From assembly GCA_965645245.1 (NCBI GenBank), contig OZ287076.1, positions 1,426,001-1,490,000 of the forward strand: a DNA stretch of 64,000 nucleotides, in the 5' to 3' direction. The translations under genes and the position numbers were made by a program. Shown here in pieces: positions 13,048 through 24,716 of the stretch. The DNA is from Massalongia carnosa (Eukaryota). The notes beneath the pieces are model-generated. The model saw only the letters and a program-made list of their open reading frames with translations, was not told the origin of the DNA and did no database searches. How positions within the stretch are numbered: the stretch's first letter is position 1; every line of letters starts with the position of its first letter.

Positions 13048-16000
13048 TGGCGGGACAACATTCGTTGACAAATATCGAAAATACACAAAATGTCAAATTT
13101 ATTCAACATAATTGTGCAAAGTCAACGAATGCAATGATTTCGTGTCTGGAATTTGCAGTATTAAATCGTGTTGATATTGTTTTATTTCAGGAACCATGGA
13201 CGCGAGATCAAAAAACAATTTCCCATCCGTCATTCACATGTATTATGCCGAAAATAGCGACTTATCGGCCGAGAGTAGCTATATTCGTTACAAAATGCAA
13301 TCCAAAATTACAATGCACGCCTAGAACCGATCTTATAAACGATACTGATCTGCAAATTATCGAAATTACAATTGATGAAGTTCGAAAGGTGCAGATCTTT
13401 AACCTTTACAATGAAAAAAGTCTAAACGATCGAGAAACATATACAATCGATCGACTTTTAGTTAAATATCAACCTATATCAACTGATCAATTTGTCATAT
13501 GTGGAGATTTCAATGCACATCATAGCTGGTGGAATTCGAAGATTCAAAATGCAATTCGATCAGAAAATCTAGTCAAATGGTTAAAATTAAACAAATGTAG
13601 TTTGATAAATACGCCTGATCTATATACATTTTTTGCTCATTCAGGAAACTCTTCATCTATTATTGATTTAACATTTGCAAATTCTAAAATCGAAAACGCA
13701 ATTACAAATTGGTCAATCGATGAAAACGCAGTCACGGGTTCAGATCATGAAGTTATTCGATTTGAATTTATCGCGTCTTTCAAGAACTTGACGACACACG
13801 CAACCGCATTATCGAATAAATACAACTGCAATAAAGCCGATTGGGATAAATTCGCGAAGTTTCTAGACGAAAATGCAGTAAACTACGAGTCCCAAATACA
13901 AAGTCTATTGAACAATTATCAATTTGATGAATCAGCGTTATATTTGCAAAACGTTATCAAAAACGCGGCTGAAATGTTTATTCCGAAGACAAAAATATGC
14001 GCAAAATCGAAAAATTGGTGGTCGCAAGATTTATCCGGACTCCGAAAAATCATGTGTAGACATCGTCGAGAATGGAAGAATAATCCGTCCTATTTTAGTC
14101 ATCAAACATTTAGACATAGTCGAATCGAGTACTTTCATGCAATTCGAAAAGCGAAACAGCAAACTTGGTTGGCTTTCCTCGAAAACGCAGCGAATAAAGA
14201 CGTATTTACAGCTTATAAATACACTAAACCGCGCATGTTCGAAAAAATACCCCCTATTCAATATGAAAATAAGTTAAATGTTCAATTCGATCACAAATGC
14301 GATGCGTTTGTTTCAGCAATGTACACAAAAAACCCGTTCACTGATGATAATATTGAAGATTTAACGAATCAAGACAGCGAAAATGACAACAATTGGCCGA
14401 ATTTAACCGAAAATGAATTGCAAAATGCGATTAGTTTGTTTAATCCAAAGAAATCATGTGGGCCTGATACAATCAATTTCACAATAATTCAAAAATCGTT
14501 TCAACCATTGAAAAACGTGTTTTTTACTATTTATTCTAAATTTATACAAATCGGTTATCACCCGTTATGTTGGCGAACAGGACTCGGTGCTGTTTTAAAA
14601 AAACCTAATAAACCAGACTACTCGCTGCCAAAATCATATCGAATTATTACCTTACTGAATTGTCTTGGTAAAATTGCGGAGAAAATAGTTGCTAATCGAC
14701 TAGCCTACCTCGGCGAAAATTCGAGCTTGTTAGATACCGAACAAATGGGCGGACGGAAGAATCATTCTGCAATCGATGCGGTAATAAACGTCGTTCATGA
14801 TATCGAAATCGCAAACCGAAACAAAAACGTTTTATCATGTCTATTACTCGATGTCAAAGGAGCATTTGACTTTGTTTCGATTAATCAATTGCTAAATGTC
14901 ATGAAAAAGCTGCATTTATCTCGCATAGTTATTCAATGGGTCAAGCATTTTATGACAAAACGATCGATCAATTTGATATTCGATGAACAGAAAAGCAAAA
15001 CGTACTATATCGAATCTGGAATTCCACAAGGTTCACCAATTTCGCCAATTCTATTTCTGATTTATATTCGTTACTTATTTCCGAAAATACGAATGAAATT
15101 CAATGCTCATTCACCTAGCTTTATAGACGATGTTGCAATATATGTCGAAAATAAAACTGCCACACAGAATTGCAAAGAAATCGAAAGTATCGTCAAAACA
15201 GCTTTTGATTGGGCCGCAACGAATAATGTCAAATTTGATGACGACAAATCTGAGTTGATTCACTTCGAAAAGTCAAGAAATGCATCAAAAGACAAAGTGC
15301 AATTACCAAACGGGACAATACTAGAACCGAAAAATTCTGTCAAATGGTTAGGAGTCTGGTTAGACCGAAAACTAAATTACAAAAAACACGTCGAAACGCG
15401 AATTGCTTCTGCAAATCGATCGTTTTTCGCAATTCAAAATTTGATGAAGTCTGAATGGGGACTAAAGCCAACTGCATGCAGACAGCTCTATTTGTCATGC
15501 ATTATTCCTATTTCGGACTATGGCTCAGAAATCTGGTATAACGGTCAAAAGAAATATGAAAAGCTATTTCAGAATCTGCAAAATCGAATGATTCGAAAGA
15601 TTTTAGGCACATTCAAAACCACGCCTGTTCAGGCGATGGAAATTGAATCGCATATTTTACCAGCCAAGCTACGATTGTTGATGAAAAATCAAAAATACGC
15701 AATACGATTATTGAAGATTGCCGAAAATAATCCTATTTGTCAAAGAATTCCCAGTACCTATACGGTGAAATTTGAAAACATCGGTTTTGACACTAGTTTA
15801 TGGAACAACAGATATGCTGAATGGAACGAAGACGAGAAAAAATCGAGTAAACCTCATCCTAGTCAGCTTATCCGTATTCTTCATTCCGTTTCGGATATAG
15901 TTCACAAAACTGATGAATTCGAATCAGTAAATAATTTCATCAAACCATGGAAGCCGTCTTGTAAAATCAAGTTCCAAATCGAAAGATCAAAAGAAACAGC

Positions 16001-17060
16001 AAAGTCAAGTTATTATTCGACTTTATCAAAAATTCAATCAATAAACGCCGATAAATCGCAAATTTTACTCTATACCGATGGATCAAAAACCGAGTTTTCA
16101 ACTTCCGCTGTCACATTTGCACCAATTACGCGAAATTGGAACAATTTCACCGATAACTTCAATCGTTTTATCGAAAAAGATTGTCTCCTCAAACATCATA
16201 CGATTTCGAAAAGCTGGAAATTAAACAAACAGTCAAGCGTTAAAAACGCTGAACTCTATGCGATACTACAAGCAATAAAATGGGCATACAAATTGACAAT
16301 TGCGAATATTCTCTTCAATTTGGAAAAAACGATTTGGATTTTTTCCGATAGCATAAACGCGATAAACGAAATTCAGAACTTGACAAATCATACTTACGCA
16401 AAACAAATTCGAAAATTCTCGAAATACTTATTCGGAAACAATTATCAGGTGGTTCTACAATGGATTCCTGGTCATTCGAAAATCGTCGAAAATGAAATTG
16501 CAGATAAAGCAGCAAAAGCGGGACATAGTCGAATCCTAGTCGAGTCTTCGATAATAACATTTGATTATGTGAAGGGTCAAATAAATCGAAATATGTTAGC
16601 CGCATGGGCGAATCAATGGCAACAATGCAAGTCAAAAGGCAAATACTATGAGAAATTCGAAATGCAGCCGGGCAAATCGAGTTTTTATTATCTGTCGAAT
16701 AATTGTTCTAAATTAATATTTGCAACTATTATGCAAATGAAATTCGGACACGGTTATTTTCGATCATATCTGCACCGATTGAAAGATTATAATTCGTCAA
16801 AATGCACAGGGCGCTGCATCGAACGTCAAACGCCAGAACACTTATTGATGAATTGCATACATTATTCAAATGAAATCCTAAACATGAAACAAAATATCGA
16901 TACCACAATTACTTTAAAAATGTTGTTTAATACTAGGATCGGAAATAATATTTTGATTAAATTTATTGTTGATAACAAAATCGCGACTAGAAAATGGATG
17001 CTAGGTCAGCTCGATGACGAAAATATCGAAACGGGAGGTTGGGGAGAGATCGAACAGTAA
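13047..17060 (+). CDS. LINE ORF2 polyprotein: APE endonuclease, reverse transcriptase, RNase H, C-terminal CCHC (1337 aa)
   Basis: QEP, GDFNAHH, IDLTF, SDH (endonuclease); YRIITLLNCLGK, LLDVKGAFD, GIPQGSPISP, FIDD, WLGV (RT); YTDGS, AEL, SDS, WIPGH, NEIAD (RNase H); C..C..QTPEHLLMNC. Confidence 0.97.
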   Translation: MAGQHSLTNIENTQNVKFIQHNCAKSTNAMISCLEFAVLNRVDIVLFQEPWTRDQKTISHPSFTCIMPKIATYRPRVAIFVTKCNPKLQCTPRTDLINDTDLQIIEITIDEVRKVQIFNLYNEKSLNDRETYTIDRLLVKYQPISTDQFVICGDFNAHHSWWNSKIQNAIRSENLVKWLKLNKCSLINTPDLYTFFAHSGNSSSIIDLTFANSKIENAITNWSIDENAVTGSDHEVIRFEFIASFKNLTTHATALSNKYNCNKADWDKFAKFLDENAVNYESQIQSLLNNYQFDESALYLQNVIKNAAEMFIPKTKICAKSKNWWSQDLSGLRKIMCRHRREWKNNPSYFSHQTFRHSRIEYFHAIRKAKQQTWLAFLENAANKDVFTAYKYTKPRMFEKIPPIQYENKLNVQFDHKCDAFVSAMYTKNPFTDDNIEDLTNQDSENDNNWPNLTENELQNAISLFNPKKSCGPDTINFTIIQKSFQPLKNVFFTIYSKFIQIGYHPLCWRTGLGAVLKKPNKPDYSLPKSYRIITLLNCLGKIAEKIVANRLAYLGENSSLLDTEQMGGRKNHSAIDAVINVVHDIEIANRNKNVLSCLLLDVKGAFDFVSINQLLNVMKKLHLSRIVIQWVKHFMTKRSINLIFDEQKSKTYYIESGIPQGSPISPILFLIYIRYLFPKIRMKFNAHSPSFIDDVAIYVENKTATQNCKEIESIVKTAFDWAATNNVKFDDDKSELIHFEKSRNASKDKVQLPNGTILEPKNSVKWLGVWLDRKLNYKKHVETRIASANRSFFAIQNLMKSEWGLKPTACRQLYLSCIIPISDYGSEIWYNGQKKYEKLFQNLQNRMIRKILGTFKTTPVQAMEIESHILPAKLRLLMKNQKYAIRLLKIAENNPICQRIPSTYTVKFENIGFDTSLWNNRYAEWNEDEKKSSKPHPSQLIRILHSVSDIVHKTDEFESVNNFIKPWKPSCKIKFQIERSKETAKSSYYSTLSKIQSINADKSQILLYTDGSKTEFSTSAVTFAPITRNWNNFTDNFNRFIEKDCLLKHHTISKSWKLNKQSSVKNAELYAILQAIKWAYKLTIANILFNLEKTIWIFSDSINAINEIQNLTNHTYAKQIRKFSKYLFGNNYQVVLQWIPGHSKIVENEIADKAAKAGHSRILVESSIITFDYVKGQINRNMLAAWANQWQQCKSKGKYYEKFEMQPGKSSFYYLSNNCSKLIFATIMQMKFGHGYFRSYLHRLKDYNSSKCTGRCIERQTPEHLLMNCIHYSNEILNMKQNIDTTITLKMLFNTRIGNNILIKFIVDNKIATRKWMLGQLDDENIETGGWGEIEQ

Positions 17061-19044
17061 AATTAGAAATGATTTATGCTGGAATATTTACGAGCTTTAC
17101 AAAAACAAATTGTAAAATCGATATTTCGATTACTAAAGGTTGTTACTAACACGGAGTAAAAACGGGGCAATATTGACGATAGATAGTTGGGTTATAAAGG
17201 GTTGATTTATTTGTAAAATAAAACCATATCTTAAAATAGTTTAGTGTCATAACCTTAGGTTGAATACACTTAATGAATAAATAAAAAAAAAAAAAAAAAA
17301 AAAAAACATTGGAATTAATTACCAAACGGGACAGTAATAGAACCGAAAAAAGTAGTCATATGGTTGGGCGTCTGGTTAGACCAAAAACTAAATTTCAAAA
17401 AAGACGTCGAAACGCGGATCTCTTCTGCGAATCGATCATATTTTGCAATTCAGAATTTGATGAAATCCGAATGGAGTCTGAAACCGACCGCATGCAGACA
17501 GCTCTATTTGTCATGCATTGTTCCTATTTCGGACTACGGCTCAGAAATTTGGTATAATGGTCAAAAGAAATATGAAAAACTATTTCAGAACCTACAAAAT
17601 CGAATGATTCGAAAGATTTTAGGAACTTTCAAAACCACACTTATTCAGGCGATTGAAATTGAATCGCATGTTTTACCAGTTAAACTTCGATTATTAATGA
17701 AAAATCAAAAATACGCAATTCGATTATTGAAGATTGCCGAAAATAACCCTATTTGTCAAAGAATTCCAAACACATATTCGATAAAATTCGAAAACATCGG
17801 TTTTGACACTAATCTATGGAACAACAAATATTCTGAATGGAACGAAGACGAAAAACAAACAAATAAACGACATCCTAGTCAGCTTATTCGCGTTCTTCAT
17901 TCCGTTTCCGACATAGTTCACAAAACTGATGAATTTGAAAAATCAAATCATTTTATTAAACATTGGAAAACGCCGTTCAAAATCGAATTTCAGATCGAAA
18001 ATACAAATGAATCTGCTAAATCAAGTTATTATTCGACCATATCCAAAATCTAATCAATGAACTCTGATAAATCCCGAGTTTTACTTTATACAGATGGATC
18101 GAAAATCGAATTTGCAACGTCTGCAGTCATATTTGCGCCAATTATGAGGAATTGGAACTGAACAACAAGAAACACAAGTACCGCAACTTTTGATACACTA
18201 TAACTTTAACAGTCAATTGAGCCTCTATTTCTCAGTCATTTGCGCTCCTCCAGAGTTAAAACGCTCACAGATTGAGTGTAGGAGAGCTCTAGCAAAGCTC
18301 CAGCAGAGTTTTTCTGCTGGTCGCACGCGACCGACGTGATAAAGCGCGCTCTAGAAGTTGGAAAAAACAACAAATACCAACAACCTCACCAAAAATCGCT
18401 CTTTTTTCTTGTTTTCTTCTGTTCTGTTGTCGCATGACCTTCAATTATTACTATAAAAATTATCTACAAAAATTATCTACTCTCGCGGGACTGTACAACA
18501 ACTGTCGCGACGTCAGAGTCTTCTAAAGTTCATTCCTCATTTAAGGTTACGGGAACTTCCGCAAGCACAAATTTTCATAGCATATTTCACGTATAATTTT
18601 TGCACATTCCATTTTCGGCTTTATAGATCTTCGTTGAACGGCCGGTCAACAGATCACTGAAAAGAAGGGGAAAAACGTCTGGAATAGGATTATACCAAAG
18701 GTCCTGTTTCAGATTAATCAGAATAGGAAGTCTCCTATTGTCTTACATTGCATTAAAATTTATCTTTATTGAAAAAAGCAAAAAAAAAACTTTCATTATT
18801 TTCACCTATTGTAGTGTCTGGTAAAGGGTTAAATAAGACTTACTGCCTTAGCGAGGAACGGTCTATTTTAACCCGATTAGGATTTATTTGACGCGTTATA
18901 GTCAAATAAATAGGGATAGGAAAGAAAGAGTCATTTGACCAGTAAACAAACAGGTGTAAATTCTATTCTGACTAGTACGTCCGGGGAAAGTCAGAATAAA
19001 TTATTTGGTGGCGATAAAAGGGATATTGCAAAGGCAAAAACACT

Positions 19045-20703
19045 ATGCTCAATCGAAGATTTAACCCGATAGGTCATAGACCAAATCGATTGATACCAAC
19101 AACTCCTCCCCCAGGCCCCCCTCCACAACATCTATGGATCCCCCCGAGTACTCCCCCGTGCCCCCCCCGAACCGACTCCCCCACGCCATCTTCGGTAGCG
19201 ATAATTGGGAGCAACCCCCTAACCGTAGAATCCACGGAGGCCATGGACCAAACGCGAGAATTTTCGTCCGCACCGTCCACACCCACCCCAAAAACGAAAC
19301 CTTTTGTCGCGCCATCTGGTGAATTCAGTACCAATCTGCCCATGCCATCATTGAATTCTGATATTCGACTGAGTCCACCAATTAAACGCAACAAAAGACG
19401 AACATTTGACGAACATTCGATTGAGAGTCAAGAAGTCATCAATCGATCAAAATCGATTCAACTATTGAATACGGCAAAAAATGCATTATTAGAGTCATTC
19501 GTAATAGATCAAAACCCCGAAACGGCTATGGTCATCGATCACGTCAATTCTCTACTGGCAAAGAAATCGATCAAGCCAAAAGCAACGTTAGAAATGATTG
19601 ATTGGAAATTGAATAGGGTGCTAGAACAAACTAGCCAAATTCCAGAAACAAAGAGACAATCGGTGCATCCTATACAGACAAAATCGAAGGGAAATTCAAA
19701 TGGAAATTCGAATTTGACTCAAAACGTCAACCCAGAAATTCGGAGCGAAACCGCCGGAGTCCCAGGGCCGCAGGTCAACGATACAGCTAGAACATGGAGC
19801 CAAATGCTCGGAAAAGCGACTGTCAATTCCGAAAATTGGACTACCGTTCCTCGATCCAAAAAAACAAACAAGAACAACAACAATAATTCGAATGCGAACA
19901 AATTCGATAATACTGACGATTTCAAGGCGATCAAATCTCGACGATTGATAATCACACCGAAAGCTCAAATCGGCGATATCGATTCACTGTTGCTTCGAAA
20001 CCAAATCAATTCGCTTTTTAAAGACGCGAAATTGACTATCGTTGTTAACACGGTCGAAAAGTCCAAAACGGGTCAAAACATCGTTCTGACTACTAGTCCT
20101 GATAACACTGCTGAAGATTTATTGAACAATAAATCAATATGGGAGCATTTATTCGACCCACGAACAGTTCGAAAGGACGAATCGTGGTTCAAAGTCGTCG
20201 CACACGGTGTAAATATTGCAACATTTGATGAAAACATGGAATATTTGCAAGACGAAATTCAAAAGTTCAATTCGAACATGCAATTATGCGATGTTCCCAG
20301 ATGGCTAGCACGTGATCGTCATAACAAGATCAAATCATCCGTTGTTTTGACATTCAATGATCGAAATATGGCCTTGAACGCGTTAAAAGGAGTCAATATC
20401 GCGGGCCGACATTGTGACACGGAAATATTTACCTCCGTTCGTCCAAACACACAATGCATTAATTGTCAAAAATTTGGACACAAGCATTATCAATGCAAAA
20501 GTCAAGCGAAATGCAGCATATGTGCGCAAAACCATGAAACACGCAATCATGAATGCACAACATGCAAGTCAAAAATTGCTTGTGCACACGCCGTCGTTAA
20601 ATGCGCGAATTGCAACAAGAATCATCAATCCAATGATGAAAATTGTGAAATGGTTATATCGTTAAATGTTCGAAAATCGACTGACGAATTAGCCGCTTTG
20701 TAA
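19045..20703 (+). CDS. LINE ORF1 gag-like protein, subfamily B (552 aa)
   Basis: Pro-rich N-terminus and three C-terminal CCHC knuckles; homologous to 11464-13047 with a divergent N-terminal half. Confidence 0.93.
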   Translation: MLNRRFNPIGHRPNRLIPTTPPPGPPPQHLWIPPSTPPCPPRTDSPTPSSVAIIGSNPLTVESTEAMDQTREFSSAPSTPTPKTKPFVAPSGEFSTNLPMPSLNSDIRLSPPIKRNKRRTFDEHSIESQEVINRSKSIQLLNTAKNALLESFVIDQNPETAMVIDHVNSLLAKKSIKPKATLEMIDWKLNRVLEQTSQIPETKRQSVHPIQTKSKGNSNGNSNLTQNVNPEIRSETAGVPGPQVNDTARTWSQMLGKATVNSENWTTVPRSKKTNKNNNNNSNANKFDNTDDFKAIKSRRLIITPKAQIGDIDSLLLRNQINSLFKDAKLTIVVNTVEKSKTGQNIVLTTSPDNTAEDLLNNKSIWEHLFDPRTVRKDESWFKVVAHGVNIATFDENMEYLQDEIQKFNSNMQLCDVPRWLARDRHNKIKSSVVLTFNDRNMALNALKGVNIAGRHCDTEIFTSVRPNTQCINCQKFGHKHYQCKSQAKCSICAQNHETRNHECTTCKSKIACAHAVVKCANCNKNHQSNDENCEMVISLNVRKSTDELAAL

Positions 20704-23700
20704 TGGCAGGACAGCATTCGTTGACAAACATCGAAAATACACAAAATGTTAAATTTATTCAACATAATTGTGCAAAGTCAACGAATGCAATGATATCGTG
20801 TTTGGAATATGCTTTATCAAATCAAATTGATATTGTTTTGTTTCAGGAACCATGGACACGAGATCAAAAAACAATATCACATCCGTCATTTACATGTATT
20901 ATGCCAAAAATAGCGACTTATCGCTCGAGAGTAGCTATATTTGTCACAAATGGCAATTCCAAACTGCAATGCACGCCTAGAACGGATCTTATTGACGATT
21001 CCGATATGCAAATTATTGAAATTACAATTGATGAAGTTCGAAAAGTGCAGATTTTCAATATTTATAACGAAAAAAGTCAAAGTGATCGAGAAACATACAC
21101 GATCGATCGACTTTTAATCCAATTACAACCAAAATCAACTGATCAATTCGTCATCTGTGGAGATTTCAATGCACATCATAACTGGTGGAATTCGAAAATT
21201 CAACAAGCAATTCGATCAGAAAATCTTGTCAAATGGTTGAAATTAAACAGGTGTAGCTTGATAAACACACCTGACTTATGTACATACTACGCCCATTCTG
21301 GAAGTTCTTCATCTGTTATTGATTTAACTTTTGCAAATTCTAAAATCGAAAATGCAATTACAAATTGGTCAATCGATGAAAACGCAGTCACAGGTTCAGA
21401 TCATGAAGTCATCCGATTTGAACTAATCGCATCTTTCAAAAACTTGACGTCACATGCAACCGCATTATCGAATAAATACAATTGCAATAAAGCTGATTGG
21501 AATAAATTCGCGAAGTATCTAGAGGAAAATTCAACCATCTACGAATCACAAGTTCAAAGTTTATTGAATAATCATCAATTCGACGAATCAGCGATATATT
21601 TGCAAAACATTATCAAAAACGCGGCTGAAATGTTTATTCCGAAAACGAAAATTTGTGCAAAATCGAAAAATTGGTGGTCGCATGATTTAACTGAACTTCG
21701 AAAAACCATGTGCAGACATCGTCGAGAATGGAAGAATTATCCGTCCGATTTTAGTCATCGGACGTTTAAACATAGTCGAATCGAGTATTTTCATGCAATT
21801 CGAAAAGCAAAACAACAAACCTGGTTGACTTTTCTAGAAAATGCAGCGAATAAAGACGTGTTTACCGCGTATAAATATAATAAACCGTGCATATTCGAAA
21901 AAATACCGCCGATTCTACATGAAAACAAGCTAAATGTTCAGTTTGATGACAAATGCGATGCATTTGTGTCAGCAATGTATACAAAAAACCCATTTATTGA
22001 CGATAATGAGGAAGATTTATCAAATCAAGACAGCGTAAATGATGATAATTGGCCAGATTTGACCGAAAACGAGTTGAAAAATGCGATTAGTTTATTTAAT
22101 CCGAAGAAAGCATGTGGACCTGATGCAATCAATTTTACAATTGTTCAAAAATCGTTTCAATCGTTGAAAAACGTGTTTTTCATGATTTATTCGAAATTCA
22201 TTCGAATCGGTTATCACCCGTTATGCTGGCGGACAGGACTCGGTGCAGTTCTGAAAAAACCTAATAAATCGGACTATTCGTTTCCAAAATCATATCGAAT
22301 TATCACATTATTAAATTGTCTTGGTAAAATTGCTGAGAAAATCGTTGCAAATCGACTAGCCTACTTCGGCGAAAATTCGAATTTACTCGATATCGAACAG
22401 ATGGGCGGACGCAAAAATCATTCTGCAATTGACGCAGTAATGAACGTTGTTCATGATATTGAAATTGCAAATAGAAATAAAAACGTCTTATCATGTTTAT
22501 TACTCGATGTCAAAGGCGCATTTGACTTTGTCTCGATTAATCAACTGCTAAATGTTATGAAAAAGCTGAAATTATCTCGCATAATAATTCAATGGGTCAA
22601 GCATTTCATGACAAAGCGATCGATCAATTCAATATTTGATGAAAATTTAAGCAAAACATATTATGTCGAATCAGGAATTCCACAAGGCTCACCAATCTCG
22701 CCTATTCTATTTCTGATTTACATTCGTCACTTGTTTCCGAAAATACGAATGAAATTCAATGCACATTCTCCCAGTTTTATTGACGATGTTGCAATATATG
22801 TCGAAAATAAAACTGCAAAACAGAATTGCAAAGAAATCGAAATCATAGTCAAAACGGCCTTTGATTGGGCCGCATCGAATAATGTCAAATTTGATGACGA
22901 TAAATCCGAGCTGATTCACTTCGAAAAGACAAGAAATGTATCGAAAGACACATTGGAATTACCAAACGGGACAGTACTAGAACCGAAAAATGTAGTCAAA
23001 TGGTTGGGCGTCTGGTTAGACCGAAAACTAAATTTCAAAAAACACGTCGAAACGCGGATCTCTTCTGCGAATCGATCGTTTTTTGCAATTCAGAATTTGA
23101 TGAAATCCGAATGGGGTCTGAAACCGACCGCATGCAGACAGCTCTATATGTCATGCATTATTCCTATTTCGGACTACGGCTCAGAAATTTGGTATAATGG
23201 TCAAAAGAAATATGAAAAACTATTTCAGAACCTACAAAATCAAATGATTCGAAAGATTTTAGGAACTTTCAAAACCACACCTATTCAGGCGATGGAAATT
23301 GAATCACATGTTTTACCAGTTAAACTTCGATTATTAATGAAAAATCAAAAATACGCAATTCGATTATTGAAGATTGCCGAAAATAACCCTATTTGTCAAA
23401 GAATTCCAAACACATATTCGATAAAATTCGAAAATATCGGTTTTGACACAAGTTTATGGAACAACAAATATGCCGAATGGAACGAAGACGAAAAACAAAC
23501 AAATAAACGACATCCTAGTCAGCTTATTCGCGTTCTTCATTCCGTTTCCGATATAGTTCACAAAACTGATGAATTTGAACAATCAAATCATTTTATTAAA
23601 CCTTGGAAATCGCCTTGCAAAATCAAATTTCAAATCGAAAATACAAAGGAATCTGCTAAATCAAGTTATTATTCGACCTTATCCAAAATTAAATCAATGA

Positions 23701-24716
23701 ACTCCGATAAATCCCGAGTTTTACTTTATACAGATGGATCGAAAATCGAATTTGCAACGTCTGCAGTCACATTTGCGCCAATTATGAGGAATTGGAGTAG
23801 TATTATCAATAATTTTGATCGATTTATCGAAAAAGATTGTCTGATCAAGTATCATACGATTTCGAAAAGCTGGAAATTAAGCAAACAGTCAAGCATTAAA
23901 AATGCTGAACTGCATGCAATTTTACAAGCAATGAAATGGGTCTATAAATTGTCTAATACTAATATTTTATCGAACTTGGAAAAAACGATTTGGATTTTTT
24001 CTGATAGTATAAACGCGATAAACGAAATTCAGAACTTGAAAAATCATATTTTCGCAAGACAAATTCGAAAGCTCGCAAAACGCTTATTTGAAAGCAATTA
24101 TCAGGTGATTTTGCAATGGGTTCCGAGTCATTCGAATATTACCGAAAACGAAAGTGCAGACAAAATAGCAAAGACGGGCCATAATCAAATCCTAGTCGAG
24201 TCCTCGGCTATAACATTTGATTATGTAAAAGATCAAATAAATCAAAATATGCTAACCACATGGACGAATCAATGGCAACAATGCAAATCAAAAGGCAAAT
24301 ACTACGAAAAATTCGAAATGAAACCTGGCATATCGAGATTTTATTATTTATCAAACAACTGTTCCAAATTGATATTTGCTACTATTATGCAATTAAAATT
24401 CGGACACGGCTATTTTCGATCATATTTACATCGATTGAAAGATTATAATTCGTCAAAATGCTCAAATCGATGCAATCAACGACAAACGCCAGAACACTTG
24501 TTATTGAATTGCATTCACTATCTCGATGAAATTCAAAACATGAAACAAACCATGGATACTACGATCAACTTGAATATGTTGTTTAATACAAAAATCGGAA
24601 ATGACATTTTGATTAAATTCATTGTCAATAACAAAATCGCGACTAGAAAATGGATACTAGGTCAGCTTGATGACGATATTTTCGAAACTGGAGGTTGGGG
24701 AGAGATCGAACAGTAA
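20703..24716 (+). CDS. LINE ORF2 EN-RT-RNase H polyprotein, subfamily B (1337 aa)
   Basis: Same motif set and same length as 13047-17060; uninterrupted frame. Confidence 0.97.
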   Translation: MAGQHSLTNIENTQNVKFIQHNCAKSTNAMISCLEYALSNQIDIVLFQEPWTRDQKTISHPSFTCIMPKIATYRSRVAIFVTNGNSKLQCTPRTDLIDDSDMQIIEITIDEVRKVQIFNIYNEKSQSDRETYTIDRLLIQLQPKSTDQFVICGDFNAHHNWWNSKIQQAIRSENLVKWLKLNRCSLINTPDLCTYYAHSGSSSSVIDLTFANSKIENAITNWSIDENAVTGSDHEVIRFELIASFKNLTSHATALSNKYNCNKADWNKFAKYLEENSTIYESQVQSLLNNHQFDESAIYLQNIIKNAAEMFIPKTKICAKSKNWWSHDLTELRKTMCRHRREWKNYPSDFSHRTFKHSRIEYFHAIRKAKQQTWLTFLENAANKDVFTAYKYNKPCIFEKIPPILHENKLNVQFDDKCDAFVSAMYTKNPFIDDNEEDLSNQDSVNDDNWPDLTENELKNAISLFNPKKACGPDAINFTIVQKSFQSLKNVFFMIYSKFIRIGYHPLCWRTGLGAVLKKPNKSDYSFPKSYRIITLLNCLGKIAEKIVANRLAYFGENSNLLDIEQMGGRKNHSAIDAVMNVVHDIEIANRNKNVLSCLLLDVKGAFDFVSINQLLNVMKKLKLSRIIIQWVKHFMTKRSINSIFDENLSKTYYVESGIPQGSPISPILFLIYIRHLFPKIRMKFNAHSPSFIDDVAIYVENKTAKQNCKEIEIIVKTAFDWAASNNVKFDDDKSELIHFEKTRNVSKDTLELPNGTVLEPKNVVKWLGVWLDRKLNFKKHVETRISSANRSFFAIQNLMKSEWGLKPTACRQLYMSCIIPISDYGSEIWYNGQKKYEKLFQNLQNQMIRKILGTFKTTPIQAMEIESHVLPVKLRLLMKNQKYAIRLLKIAENNPICQRIPNTYSIKFENIGFDTSLWNNKYAEWNEDEKQTNKRHPSQLIRVLHSVSDIVHKTDEFEQSNHFIKPWKSPCKIKFQIENTKESAKSSYYSTLSKIKSMNSDKSRVLLYTDGSKIEFATSAVTFAPIMRNWSSIINNFDRFIEKDCLIKYHTISKSWKLSKQSSIKNAELHAILQAMKWVYKLSNTNILSNLEKTIWIFSDSINAINEIQNLKNHIFARQIRKLAKRLFESNYQVILQWVPSHSNITENESADKIAKTGHNQILVESSAITFDYVKDQINQNMLTTWTNQWQQCKSKGKYYEKFEMKPGISRFYYLSNNCSKLIFATIMQLKFGHGYFRSYLHRLKDYNSSKCSNRCNQRQTPEHLLLNCIHYLDEIQNMKQTMDTTINLNMLFNTKIGNDILIKFIVNNKIATRKWILGQLDDDIFETGGWGEIEQ

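Larger units (their letters stand above)
10554..17306 (+). mobile_element. Full-length, apparently intact Tad1-like LINE, subfamily A (A2)
   Basis: ~910-nt 5' UTR, open ORF1 and ORF2, 3' UTR, 24-nt pure poly-A. 14-bp TSD CATTGGAATTAATT at 10540-10553 and 17307-17320. Confidence 0.96.

Noticed and set aside
13047..17060. Bacterial RT system (retron, DGR, group II intron)
   Set aside because: APE-RT-RNase H architecture, ORF1 knuckles, poly-A and TSDs identify a eukaryotic LINE.
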